From positions 50,282,001 through 50,346,000 of the forward strand of contig OX597829.1 in the NCBI GenBank assembly GCA_951406725.2: a stretch of DNA of 64,000 bases, written 5' to 3'. This DNA is from Octopus vulgaris (taxonomy: Eukaryota). Position numbers and translations under genes: made by a program. The first letter of the stretch is position 1; every line of letters starts with the position of its first letter. The notes below the pieces were generated by a model that was not told where the DNA came from, made no database searches, and worked only from the letters and a program-made list of their open reading frames with translations. Below are positions 51,945-64,000 of the stretch, piece by piece.

Positions 51945-54900
51945 TGGTTGTTGTTTTTGTTTGCTATTGTTGTTGTTGCTGTGGTTGTAGCTGTGGTTGT
52001 AGTTGTCATTTTTGTAATTTCTCTTACTGTTGTTTTTGTTGTTGTTGTTACTGCTGCTGCTGCTATTGTTGTTGTTTTTGTTTTTGTTGTTGTTGTCGTT
52101 GTTTTTGTTGATGTTGTTGTTGCTGTTACTGCTGCTGCTGTTGTTGTTGTTGTCATGGTTATTGTCGTTTTTGTTATTGATCATGTTATTGTTGTGGTTG
52201 TTGTTGTTGTTGTTACTGTTGCTGCTGCTGCTGTTGTTGTTCTTGTTATTGTCATTCTTGTTAGTCATTTCGTATTTCTTTATTACCCACATGGGGCTAA
52301 ACATAGAGGGGACAGACAAAAGGATTAAGTCGATTACATCGACCCCCCAATGCGTAACTGGTACTTAATTTATCGACCCCGAAAGGATGAAAGGCAAAGT
52401 CGACCTCAGCAGAATTTGATCTCAAAACGTAATGGCAGACAAAATACCGCTAAGCATTTCACCCGGTGTGCTAACGATTCTGCCAGTTCGCCACCTTGTT
52501 AGTCATTTCTGTAATACCTTTTGTTACGAAGTGATATCAGAAAGTTCCTGGACTAGTTCTGTAGCACGCCAACAGATGGCAGCACACGGTTGCATGTGCA
52601 TTGAGAGCTAGCAGTGACCTTCATGGGGTAGTGTGCTGAGTGACATCACTGTGTTTACTTCACAAATTGTGAAATTTGTGTTTTTGTGATCACATGTGTC
52701 TGCTGTAGTCTGTGATTTTTGTTATGGACAGGAACAAAGAGCAAACATGAAATTTTGTGTTAAACTTGGGAAGTCTGCTACAGGGACATTGAGCATGCTT
52801 TGGCCAGCTTAGGACAAAAAAAGCAATGGGTTGGATGTAAAGTTTTGAGTGGCTCTGATGCTTCAAAATTGGAAGAATGTCTGTGGAAGATGATGAGCGA
52901 TCTGGAAGACCAGCCAGAAGCGCCAGTCTTGGAAATGTGGAGATAATTCATCAGCTTGTGCACGAGGATAGTTGGAGGACAATCAATGGCATTGCCGATA
53001 TTGTTGGTCTGTCGTATGGGTCTGTGCAGGCAATCCTAATGTCTGAATAGAACATGTGGTATGTTTCTGCCAAGTTTGGCAATGTCTGCTGACCACTGAG
53101 CAGAAAGAACATCGTTTCAAAGTCTGTCAAGATCTCTGTAAGCATGCCGCTGATGACCCATCCTTCATGTCAAGGACCATCAATGGTGATGAAAGTTCAG
53201 TCTAAGGGTACGACCCTGAGACAAAGCAGCGGTCATCACAATGAAAGAGCCCTTCATCTCCTTGACCAAAGGAGGAAAGACAGAACTGCAGATCTATCAA
53301 GAGTGTGCTCATCATTTTTTCTAACATCTACAGTATTGTACATTGAGAATTCATTCCCCACCGCCACCAGGACTAGATCGTCAATTAGATTTCTTCTACA
53401 ACATTTTGAAGTGTTTGAGGGAGGACATTCAACAAAAGCAGCCAAATCTGTGGAGCACAAAGAATTGGATTCTTCATGATGACAATGCACCCTTGTCGCT
53501 GAGCACTCCCCACTCGTGAGTTTCCCTGCAAAAAAGCAACATGGTATCACTTCCACATCCACCCTATTCGCCAGATTTAGCCCCTGTGGACTTCCATTGT
53601 TTTTGTTGTTGTTGTTACTGCTGTTGTTGTGGCTGCAGTTTCAGTTATTGCTGTTACTGGTGATGATGATGATGTGATGACAATGATGATGATGATGCTG
53701 ACGATGACAATGATGATGACGATGATGATGGTGATGGTGATGATGATGATGATGATGATGACGATGATGATGGTGATGGTGATGATGATGATGGTGACGA
53801 TGATGATGATGATGATGATCGTGATGACGATGATGATGATGATGATTGTGATGTTGATGACAACGACGACGACGACGATGATGATAATGGTGATGATGAT
53901 GTAATTGTTTCACGTGGTAATGTTGCTCTCTTTTTTGTTCTGTAGTGGTTGTTGATAACGATGTAGTTAAATCAATGTTGTACTTGTTGTTGTTGTTATT
54001 GTACTTCATTGATGTCCTTGTTTTTCTTGATATCATCCATGTTGTTATTTATCCCCTTCCCTCAAGGTCAGCCTTCTCAATCACACACACACACACACAC
54101 ACATAGAACTTAAATTACACAATCACAATCAATTCCAGTTGTAACCATCTCAACATTATTTTTTCATTTTTATTCTTTTTAGGGTCACATAAAATGACTG
54201 CATAACTTAATGTGTCCCTTTTTTTATGGATGTTATTTCTAGCAGGTCAAATGCAGATTCCTAACGAGTATAATTACTTGAATTAACTTATCCTCCACCA
54301 GCTCTTCACATCAATATATATGCATGATGTAAAGCAGTTGGCATTAGGAAGAGCATCAAGCTGTAGAAACTATGCTGAAGCAGACAAATGGAACCTGGTG
54401 AAGCTTATCAAAACTTTCCACCCATGCCAGCATGGAAAACAGACCTTAGTATTTAAGGCAATACATTTTCTCTAGAATTGTTTCCCTTGCCACCGCCCTA
54501 TTACTACTGGGGAGAAAACTCATACGGTGATATGATGCACCTACAGTATGCTAAAGGTTAAATAACAATGCTGACGATGATGATGATGACAACGGCAATG
54601 ACGCTGATGATGACAATGATGATATTGATGATAATGATGAAGATGATGACAATGATGACAATGATGATGATGATGGTGATGATGATGGTGATGATGATGA
54701 TGATGATGATGATGAAGATGGTGACAATGATGAAGATGATGACAATGATGAAGATGGTGACAATGATGATGATCATGATGATGATGATGACAATGATGAT
54801 GATAATGTTGATGATCATGGTGATGATGACGATGATGATGACAGTGCTGATGACAATGACAATGATGATGACAATGACAATGATGATGATGACCATGAGA

Positions 54901-55130
54901 ATTATTAATTTTCAAGAGAATACAAAACCATTTGTTTTTATTTTTGGAAAACTGGATCTTGATGCACATAAAGCCATAAATAATCACAGGATAAATATTG
55001 AATTGAAAATCCCTTTTGGATGCCTTTGACATTTTCTACCCCAAAAAAGTTTGTCAATCCAACATTCACATTGCTGTTATTTATAGCTTTTATGTATGTT
55101 CTTTGAGATCCATGTTCCAAAAAAGAATTT

Positions 55131-55174
<44 letters not shown>

Positions 55175-55400
55175 TATCATCATTGTTGTTTAACGTCCGT
55201 TTTCCATGCTAGCTTAGCTGATTGCAAGTGTTATCATGTACATTTTAATTTTCTTATGTTTTGTAGAACGATATTCTGCGCCAAACCAAAAATACAGAAC
55301 TCTAGTGATAACAATATCTTGAATTTCTAACTTGTTGTCTCTTGAGGTCAATGGTTGAAACTTGGAGTCAGCTTGTACAAATACAAAGCAAAAGTCAAGC

Positions 55401-55463
<63 letters not shown>

Positions 55464-55477
55464 TAACAATAATAATA

Positions 55478-55523
<46 letters not shown>

Positions 55524-55697
55524 GTAATAATAATAATAATAATAATAAATATTAATAATAATAATAATAATAATAAATAATAATAATAATAAATAATAAT
55601 AATAATAAATAATAATAATAATAATAATAATAAATAATAATAATAATAATAATAATAAATAATAATAGTAATAATAATAATAATTATAATAATAATA

Positions 55698-55764
<67 letters not shown>

Positions 55765-55973
55765 TAATCCCAAGGTTTAAAACAAACTTTTTTTTATTTA
55801 ATTATTTTTTTTTTTTTTTTAATTTTATTTTTATGTATTAGACATTCACTAGTACAACACAAAAAAAAAAAAACCCAAATATATGGCACAGAACTTCCAA
55901 CCTGTTGTCTCTTGAGGTCTCTGGGTGAGACTTGCAGCCAACTTGTACAGACATAAAGCAAAAGTCAAACATA

Positions 55974-56008
<35 letters not shown>

Positions 56009-56060
56009 GTAATAATAATAATAATGATAATAATAATAATAATGATAATAATAATAATAC
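51945..56060. repeat. Cluster of trinucleotide arrays: (GTT/GCT)n 51945-52260, (GAT)n 53660-53905 and 54570-54895, (AAT)n 55404-55763 and 55975-56060
   Basis: Directly visible; these explain the poly-M/H/N/I ORFs. Confidence 0.95.
52525..53598 (+). mobile_element. Degenerate mariner transposase
   Basis: Fragments CVKLGKSAT, DDERSGRP, YDPETKQ, WILHDDNAP and HPPYSPDLAPVDF, with frameshifts and stops. Confidence 0.9.
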
Positions 56061-56146
56061 ATTCTCTTATTCTTTAATGAATGCTATTTTGGGACCAAAC
56101 CAGTTGCATTTAGCAGATTGACTGATGAAAAATCTTTACAACTTAC

Positions 56147-56238
56147 ATATGAGATATTGGTGTGAGAGTAGTTGTATTTTTGTAATATGGGCCCTGGATT
56201 CTAACTGGAGCACAATGTCTTGCGGGTACATGCAGAAC
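56147..56238 (-). CDS. CEP104: CEP104 coding exon (first one visible): (R)FCMYPQDIVLQLESRAHITKIQLLSHQYLI(S)
   Basis: Minus strand tttcaatttcag|GTTCTGCATGTACCCG...CTCATAT|gtaagt, 92 nt (1+90+1). Peptide matches the vertebrate CEP104 N-terminus FCQFPQEIVLQM...KLQLLAHQYMIS as recalled from memory. Phase is compatible with the next exon. Confidence 0.93.
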
Positions 56239-56354
56239 CTGAAATTGAAAAATACAGACTGGGATGTGAGGGTACGTAACAAGAACAAGCATTAAGACAA
56301 ACATTGAACATAAGCATACTGAAGAGAAAATAGTGAAAGTTTATGATGATGATG

Positions 56355-56397
<43 letters not shown>

Positions 56398-57129
56398 TAA
56401 TAATAATAATCTTTTCTCTTATAGGCAAAAGGCTCAAAACCTAGACCCCGGTGTGTAACTGGTACATATTTTATTGACTCCAAAAGGGTAAAATGTAAAG
56501 TTGACCTCAGCAGGATTTGAACACAGAATGTAAACATAAGAAATACCACCAAACCTTTTGGTAGATTGATGATTTGGCCAGCTCACTGCTTTCATAATCA
56601 TCATCATCATCATCATCATCATTTAGCGTCCGCTTTCCATGCTAGCATGGGTTGGACGGTTCAACTGGGGTCTGGGAAGCCAGAAGGCTGCACCAGGCTT
56701 CAGTCTGATCTGGCAGTGTTTCTACAGCTGGATGCCCTTCCTAACGCCAACCACTCCAAGAGTGTAGTGGGTGATTTTATGTGCCACCGACACAGGTGCC
56801 AGACGAGGCTGGCAAACGGCCACGGACGGATGGTGCTTTTTACGTGCCACCGGCACGGGGGCCAGGCAAGGCTGGCAATGGCCACAATCAGATGGTTCGC
56901 TTACATGTCACCGGCACTGGTATCGCAGCTGCAATTTCCATTGATGTTGATCGACTTTGATTTTGTTTCTGATATCTGATATCTGATTTGATTTGATTTG
57001 ATTTCCACTTGCCTCAACAGGTCTACACAAGTGGAGTTTTGTGTCCCAAGAAGGAATGGTATGCATAAGTCGACTGGCTACATCCCAATGAAGATGATGA
57101 TGATGATGATAATGATGATAATTATTATT

Positions 57130-57670
57130 ATTATTAATGAGTGAGAGAACAGTGCATGCCATCAAAGTGACACTGGGATATAATATATACGACGCCCAGT
57201 ATACCCATCATGACTACCCGTCTGATAAGGGTACACCAGGCACATGCATCACAACCATATGTGCGTGACATGGTGATCTCATATCAAGATAAACAGCACA
57301 TGACCTTGCAGGTGGGGGCCCAGTTAGAATTTTCTTCTGGTCGAGTAGCCCATCCCACTTAGAAGGTCCCTGAATAAGGGTCGTTTAAGGTTGTTCAATG
57401 AACCACCCATGTTTCCAGAGGTGAATTATTCAAGCCCCAAAGAATTCCTCTCAACACATGGCTATGATGCTCCCACACTACTTCTGCTTGTGATCAGAGA
57501 TGCACATATTGTCAGCCACTAAGGGACATGCTCAACTGGTTACGGTCAAACAACTGACAAGCAAATCTGTGGTATTGAGCAGAATATTTGCTGTAGCCCA
57601 TCTTTTATACCAAGACAAAACAATGTACATGATAACACTTCCAATCAGTTAAGATTAGAAGCCATGAGAA
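57130..57670 (+). mobile_element. Interspersed repeat; inverted partner at 50083-50485
   Basis: 57270-57665 is the ~80% reverse complement of 50083-50485. Confidence 0.75.
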
Positions 57671-59380
57671 CCACTTATCATCATCCTCATCATCATCATC
57701 ATTATTAATTGTTAGAATGCCAGGTGAATTGCTTAGCAATATTTTGTCATTTTTACATTCTGAGTTCAAATTCCATTGAGGTTGACTTGGCCTTTCATCC
57801 TTGGCCAAATTCCAGGAAATCCAAAAGTATCAGAACTATAAAAAACTGACCATATCCAAAAACAATAGAAAAAAAACAAAAAAAAAAAACGTTGTTGACC
57901 TGAAAATACCTGGTTCTCTTGAAACTCTTTCAAAATTGAAATACAAATTTAGCAGAACCCTAGTTCTCAGATTCTGGTTTCCTTTCCCTATATTACATCA
58001 TTGTTATTCAGAAATAACCCCAAATAGTAAAACATTGGACATGAGATGCAGCACGTATTTTTTTCAGTGAACAGGTCGCGGTCTTATAGCGACGAAAATA
58101 TTTTGACAAATTAAACTTAAATGTTGAAGTGAATTTAACGGGTTTTGTGTGTTTCTTAAATGGCTTACAAACACCTTCCAAGCTACAATTGTTTTCGTTT
58201 CAGCACACGATCTCAGATCAAATCACTAGCTATGCAAGAACATGTTCCCACTTGGAATAGCTTATATAAAACAAAGCAACAACAATGTAAACAATCTATC
58301 TACCATTTCAGGTAGGTGGTCACCAGGTTCAAAACCACTCTTTCACTTCAAGTGTTTCAGTTTCTGTCCACCAGATTCATCTGAAAGCTTTGGTTAGCCC
58401 AGGGTTATAGCAAAAGACACTCACCCACAGTGTGGAAGCACTCCGTCGGTTCTGACGACAAGGGTTCCAGTTGATCCGATCAACGGAACAGCCTGCTCGT
58501 GAAATTAACGTGTAAGTGGCTGAGCACTCCACAGATACCTGTACCCATAACGTAGTTCTCGGGGAGATTCAGCGTGACACAGAGAGTGACAAGGCCGGCC
58601 CTTTGAAATACAGGTACAACAGAAACAGGAAGTAAGAGTGAGAGAAAGTTGTGGTGAAAGAGTACAGCGGGAATCGCCACCACCCCCTGTCAGAGCCTTG
58701 TTGAGCTTTTAGGTGTTTTCGCTCAATAAACACTCACAACGCCCGGTCTGGGAATCGAAACCGCGATCCGACGACCGCGAGTTCGCTGCCCTAACCACTG
58801 GGCCATGCAGTACCATACAATGGAACTGAACCCATAACTATGAGGTTGAGAAGCAAAGTTCTTACAACACAGCCATAGATCAAACCATAGAAACAAAAAG
58901 GCCAAAATGTCAAGAATAGAGTGGTGGTTCAATCAATTAGATCAACACCAGGACTTCACCCAAGACCAATGAACTCAAATCAATTGATGTTTCTTTCAGT
59001 AACTACAATTTGACAACTGCAGGGAAACCGTCATGGTAGATCTTCACTATCATTATCAGTTAACGTCCGCTTTCCATGCTAGCATGGGTTGGACGATTCG
59101 AATGAGGTCTGGCAAACCAGATGGCTGCACCAGGCTCCAATCTTGATCTGGTAGAAGTTTCTACAGCTTGATGCCCTTCCTAACGCCAACCACTCCGAGA
59201 GTGTAGTGGGTGCTTTTCACATGCTACCAGCACGAGGGCCAGTCAGGCGGTACTGGCAACGGCCACTACATACAAATGGTGCTTTTTATGTGCCAGTCCA
59301 GCAGCACTGGCAACGACATTGCCCGAATGTTTTTAGAATATATGTAAGTGACAGAGGCAGTATCAATATGAAGAGGTAAT

Positions 59381-60136
59381 GGATCTTTTCCTTTTGAACG
59401 GCAGTTTTCAACAATTTCTAGTTAACCAAACACTTTTAAACTTCGTATACTGGAAGAATGTGTCAAAATAAAACATTTTTTCTCTTGGCAGAAAATTGTA
59501 ATTTGCAAATTTAACGTAGTTTAATTTTTCGAATTTTAACCAATCCTATGCCCTCTATTGAGCTAAAATCATTTGCTGCGTTTAAAACTGAGACAACATC
59601 CTGTCACTAACCCTAACCTTAACCCTAAATTTTAGCATTTCTTTTTTTTTCTTAATTGTTAAATTAATTTAATTGTTACGCGTGTCTAAAATTATTCGTT
59701 TTGTTTTTGTTTTGAGTTTTTGCTTTCGTTTTAGCCTTTCGTTTTTTTTTTGCTTAATTGTTAAATTAAAATTATTTTCCATTGCTTTCGTTTTAGTCAT
59801 TCGTTTTTTTTTCTTAATTGTTATCCTTAAATTAATTTAACAATTAAGAAAAAAAAAACGAAAGGCTAAAATTTAGGGTTAGGGTGAGGGTTAGGATTAG
59901 TGACAGGATGTTGTCTCAGTTTTAGACGCAGCAAATGATTCCAGCTCAATAGAGGGCATAGGATTGGTTAAAATTCGAAAAATCAAACCACGCTAAACCT
60001 GCAAATTACAATTTTCTCAAGAAAGCCAAGAGAAAAAAATGTTTTACTTTGACACATTCCACCAGTATACGAAGTTTAAAAGTGTTTAGTTAACTAGAAA
60101 TTGTGTTGAAAACTGGCGTTCAAAAGGAAAAGATCC
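59381..60136. mobile_element. Same foldback MITE insertion in duplication copy 2
   Basis: TSD GAGGTAAT at 59373-59380 and 60137-60144; same termini. Confidence 0.92.
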
Positions 60137-60465
60137 GAGGTAATGTCTGTCCCCACTTAAACATGGGTGTTCTGTGGTTGATACACTGAGAGAAACCCTC
60201 TTATTTCGGTGCAGAATGCACGCTTAATCTCCACCGACTCCAGCATCGAGATCATCAGCTCATGTTATTGTTGCTGTTGTCATGGTTGTCTTCCATACAG
60301 TTTTGTTATCTTGTTGTTGTTGTTGTTGCTGATGTTGCTACTATTGTCGTTTCTGCAGTTTGTGCTGCTGCCGCTATTGCTGCTGCTGCTGTACACATTG
60401 TCCTTACTCTTGTTGTTGTTTTTGTTTTTGTTGTTGCTGCTGCTAGTATCTTTGCTACTGTTTCT

Positions 60466-60597
60466 GTCGTCATAGCAACAGGACGAAATTGTATTTCTTT
60501 GTGTCGATAAATTAATTTTAACTTCAGCCGTGGCTACTTTCGGGAGTTAAAACTGGGTCGACTGAACGCTGTTCGATTATTTTGTCGTTTTCCCGCC
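60466..60597 (-). promoter_or_regulatory. Putative CEP104 promoter: RFX X-box plus E2F site in a CpG-containing unique stretch
   Basis: GTCGTCATAGCAAC at 60466-60479 fits the X-box consensus GTHNYY-AT-RRNAAC. TTTCCCGCC at 60589-60597 is an E2F motif. It lies 4.2 kb upstream of the first visible exon of a ciliary/centriolar gene. Function is inferred. Confidence 0.55.
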
Positions 60598-60869
60598 TTT
60601 TTTTTTTTTTTTTTTTCCTAAATTGAAAAATATACAAATTCTTGTTTTTAACACAAATATAAAATAAATACTTCACAGTTACAACCTACAAAAAGGGGGT
60701 GGAATTGTGCAGAAATATTACCATTGCGATCCAGACAATGTTGGCAAAATAGTTACAATAAAATATTAGACTGGACGGCTTTTAATCTGCCGAAACAATT
60801 GATGAAACACTAAAAATTTACGGAATTCCAGCTCTTTGCATTTTCTCAGTATGGCAGCAATAATAATGA

Positions 60870-60992
60870 CTAGCAGTATAACCCGGCGTTGCCAGGGATT
60901 AAGTTACGATTATTAAGCTAATCAAGTTCTTTATTTCAAACCAAACTAAGTAATATCGACGTCAAATTTGGGCGAAATCCGTTGAAATTGGT

Positions 60993-61054
<62 letters not shown>

Positions 61055-61860
61055 TATATATATATAAATAGGATCTTTTCCTTTTGAACGGCAGTTTTCA
61101 ACACAATTTCTAGTTAACTAAACACTTTTAAACTTCGTATACTGGTAGAATGTGTCAAAATAAAACTTTTTTTTTCTCTTGGCTTTCTTGAGAAAATTGT
61201 AATTTGTAAATTTAACGTAGTTTAATTTTTCGAATTTTAACCAATCCTATGGTGTGTGAGAGAGAGGGGGGAGAAAGATGAACGATTTAAAATAAATAAA
61301 TGATTTAAAATAAATATATTGCAATTGTTGTGTGAGAAAGTATATACATTATGATGATAAAATATAGTGTCTTTCAAAAACAAAAAACAAAACATTTTAC
61401 ATTTCATTTTTATGAACGTCGTCACTTTCTCTCTCTCTCTCGCTCTGTCACTTTGTCTTTCCCATGAAACTCTCTGCCCCTCTTCCACTATTCTTTATCG
61501 TTTTTTTCTTTTGGTTGTTTGACGCCGTCAAAAAGCTAAGGCTGAAAATAGATTTTTATCAACGTCGTCACTTACTCTCTCTCTCTCACTTTGTCTTTCC
61601 CGTGAAAATTTCTGCCTCCTTCTTCCACTTTTCTTTATCTTGTTTTTTTTGTTAGACGCCGTCAAAAAAGTTATGGCTGATATTTTTTATGGCTGAAAGC
61701 TATGGTTGAAAATAGAATTTTATGCTATCCGCAGGTGCCTCGGGGGGAAAAAATAAGTTGACAAAACCCAGATAGGATGTTGATGAATGTCTTCCTAAAA
61801 TTTGAGCGACATGCTTGCTAATTTGTGGATGTGCATAAACTACAATCTCGTACACACACA
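60870..61860 (-). mobile_element. Helitron-like element with a captured or nested GGATC-MITE arm (61071-61251)
   Basis: Minus-strand 3' end with hairpin CCCTGGCAACGCCGGG followed by CTAG|T. The 5' boundary is approximate. Confidence 0.55.
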
Positions 61861-61949
61861 CACACCTTCCTCTAGAATTACTGACTTCTTGCAAGATTTA
61901 ATTAAAAAGAAATTATTATGCAGCACAGAATTCTGTCAGTGAACAAAAT

Positions 61950-62200
61950 TATTATTCACCGAAGGTTCCCGTGCTATCCGTCCTCTACAAAAGTCATATT
62001 CACATTGCATCACAACATTAAGATAGAACTGCTTCCCCTCTACTGGCCCTGCTCCCTTTAACATCATACCAAGACACATAACAGAAGAAGAAGATCCCCT
62101 AACATTTAAACAGTTCCTGGATGAATATCTCCAACAAATATCAGAAAAACCACCTACTCCCAGATATATCTCTGTAAAGAATAACTCTTCAAATGGGCTA
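61950..62200 (+). mobile_element. Degenerate CR1/L2/Jockey-group LINE 3' end
   Basis: Plus frame GPAPFNIIPRHITEEEDPLTFKQFLDEYLQQISEKPPTPRY..NNS resembles the C-terminal tail of these RT ORFs. Confidence 0.55.
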
Positions 62201-64000
62201 TGGTGCCCAATGAATGACTCACATGAAACAGTTTTAAATGTCTTTTCCAAGTGGTTAGACATGGCCTGGGCCCATGATGACTAAATCTTATTACTTTGAA
62301 ATAAGTAAATATATAATATAATTTTATCTCTCACTCTCACAAGATTAAAATGGATAGACCAATCATAAACGATGTTTGTAGGAGCAAAATATTCCCATCC
62401 ATCATTTAGCAACAATGTGGGTACTAATGTGTGACAATAGTTATCACATGTTGAATCATGAATGTAATAGCCAGGGGGGGAAAATGCAAAGAGCCAAGCG
62501 ATTAGCTTGTTTGCCTTAACAGTTTCGATACCAACCTGATGACAGGTTGCTGTCTGCTCTTGCAGAATTAACCAGTTAATGAAATCAAGTGTGCTGAGAA
62601 GTGAAATGGAAATAATTATAGTAAAAATAATGGTGACACAGCTTTGTCTATGATACAAATTTCTTGTTTTAAAGTGATCCAAGAAAAAACCTCATGCTAA
62701 TTTATGTTCCGAGCAACAGCTTATTAATCACTTCCTTCTACCTGTTCAAACCAAGGGTCTCCACCTCACTGTTCCCTGTTCATGTAATCTAATAAAACCT
62801 TTCACACTACCTCAGATTCTCGTCATCTTTTCAATTTTTTCATTTTGTCATTTTTTCTACATATTTCGTCATTTTTACTTCATTTTTTAATTCTGTCATT
62901 TTTCGTTCTTAGCTTCTGGTTTCCCCCATCACTAATTGCTAATTTCTCAATAATCACTTCCTTCTACCTGCTTCTTCGTTCCTCCTGTCCTTCATTCCTC
63001 CTAACTTCGCTTTACTTCTCTTAGCATAGCATCCCCTGTTTCTCTCCGACATCCCCTTTCACCATCCTACTAATGGCATTACCTTACTCTCTTCTCTCTT
63101 TTACTTGTTTCAGTCATTTGACTGCAGCGATGCTGGAGCACCACCTTTAATCGAGCAACTCAACCCCTGGACTTATTCTTTTGTAAGCCCAGTACTTATT
63201 CTATCGGTCTCTTTTGCCGAACCATTAAGTAACGGGGACATAAACACACCAGCATCGGTTGTCAAGCAATGCTAGGGGGACAAACACAGACACACAAACA
63301 CACACACGCATATATATACATATATACGACGGGCTTCTTTCAGTCTGCCAAATCCACTCACAAGGCTTTGGTCGGCCCGAGGCTATAGTAGAAGACACTT
63401 GCCCAAGGTGCCACGCAGTGGGACTGAACCCGGAACCATGTGGTTGGTAAACAAGCTACTTACCACACAGCCACTCCTTGTTATCTCTCTTTATTAAATT
63501 CTTCCTTATTTTCAAAATAAAATTGAAACAAAGACAGTGTGCTATTTCAACAGAAGTATGGTAATGAAAGAATTAAATTGGTCTAAATGAAAAACATTTT
63601 CCACCAAAATTTCATGTTGTATGTTTCAAACACCAGCTTTTTAATGACTAAGTTTATTTCACTAAACTGTTTGCTATCTTCAAAATTAATTGGAATAAAG
63701 GTGATACATTTTAACAGAAATACAGTAATGATAGATTTTCACACACTTTAATATAACTGCAACCCGAATCAAGAGAAAGAAAGTTGACAGAGAGAAGAAT
63801 TTCCTGCAAATAATTGAATATTTTGTCTCATCTTCCCATAAACTGAATTAAAGTTCTACTCATCATCATCATCATCATCGTTTAATGTCCGCTTTCCATG
63901 CTAGCATGGGTTGGACGATTTGACTGAGGACTAGCAAACCAGATGGCTGCACCAGGCCCCAATCTTGATCTGGTAGAGTTTCTACAGATAGATGCCCTTC

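Larger units (their letters stand above)
58241..60642 (-). repeat. Inverted segmental duplication, copy 2; carries an extra SINE insertion at 58432-58806
   Basis: Reverse complement aligns to 2585-4597 with scattered substitutions and small indels. Confidence 0.95.

Noticed and set aside
51881-55555. Poly-Met, His, Asn, Ile, Val and Thr ORFs
   Set aside because: Trinucleotide microsatellites with no splice or homology support. The Met-rich ones lack reflectin-type motifs.

Overview
AT-rich, microsatellite- and transposon-saturated eukaryotic DNA. The SINE repertoire points to an octopus (coleoid cephalopod) genome; this is an inference. Almost all ORFs in the supplied track are translations of repeats. 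The only clear host gene is CEP104 on the minus strand: six consecutive in-phase GT-AG coding exons (56238 down to 15561) encode the N-terminal domain through the ISPLDDLAFDMYQDP motif. Its first coding exon and the later exons were not found in the window. A putative CEP104 promoter (RFX X-box plus E2F site) lies near 60.5 kb. It sits inside a ~2 kb segment that is duplicated in inverted orientation at 2.6-4.6 kb, so the two copies bracket all six exons. The most striking signal is in a foldback DNA-transposon MITE inside this duplicate: about 30 A-to-G substitutions in ~215 bp, with almost no other changes and As after G spared. This is an ADAR hyper-editing signature present in the DNA sequence, which means either edited RNA was written back into the genome or the assembly was polished with RNA reads. 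Other elements are a young 5'-truncated Tx1/L1-type LINE inserted in a GATA array whose 3' end matches the tail of an abundant SINE, Penelope-type hammerhead ribozyme motifs, Helitron, mariner, Gypsy and MITE relics, and a 2.8 kb (TATG)n array.
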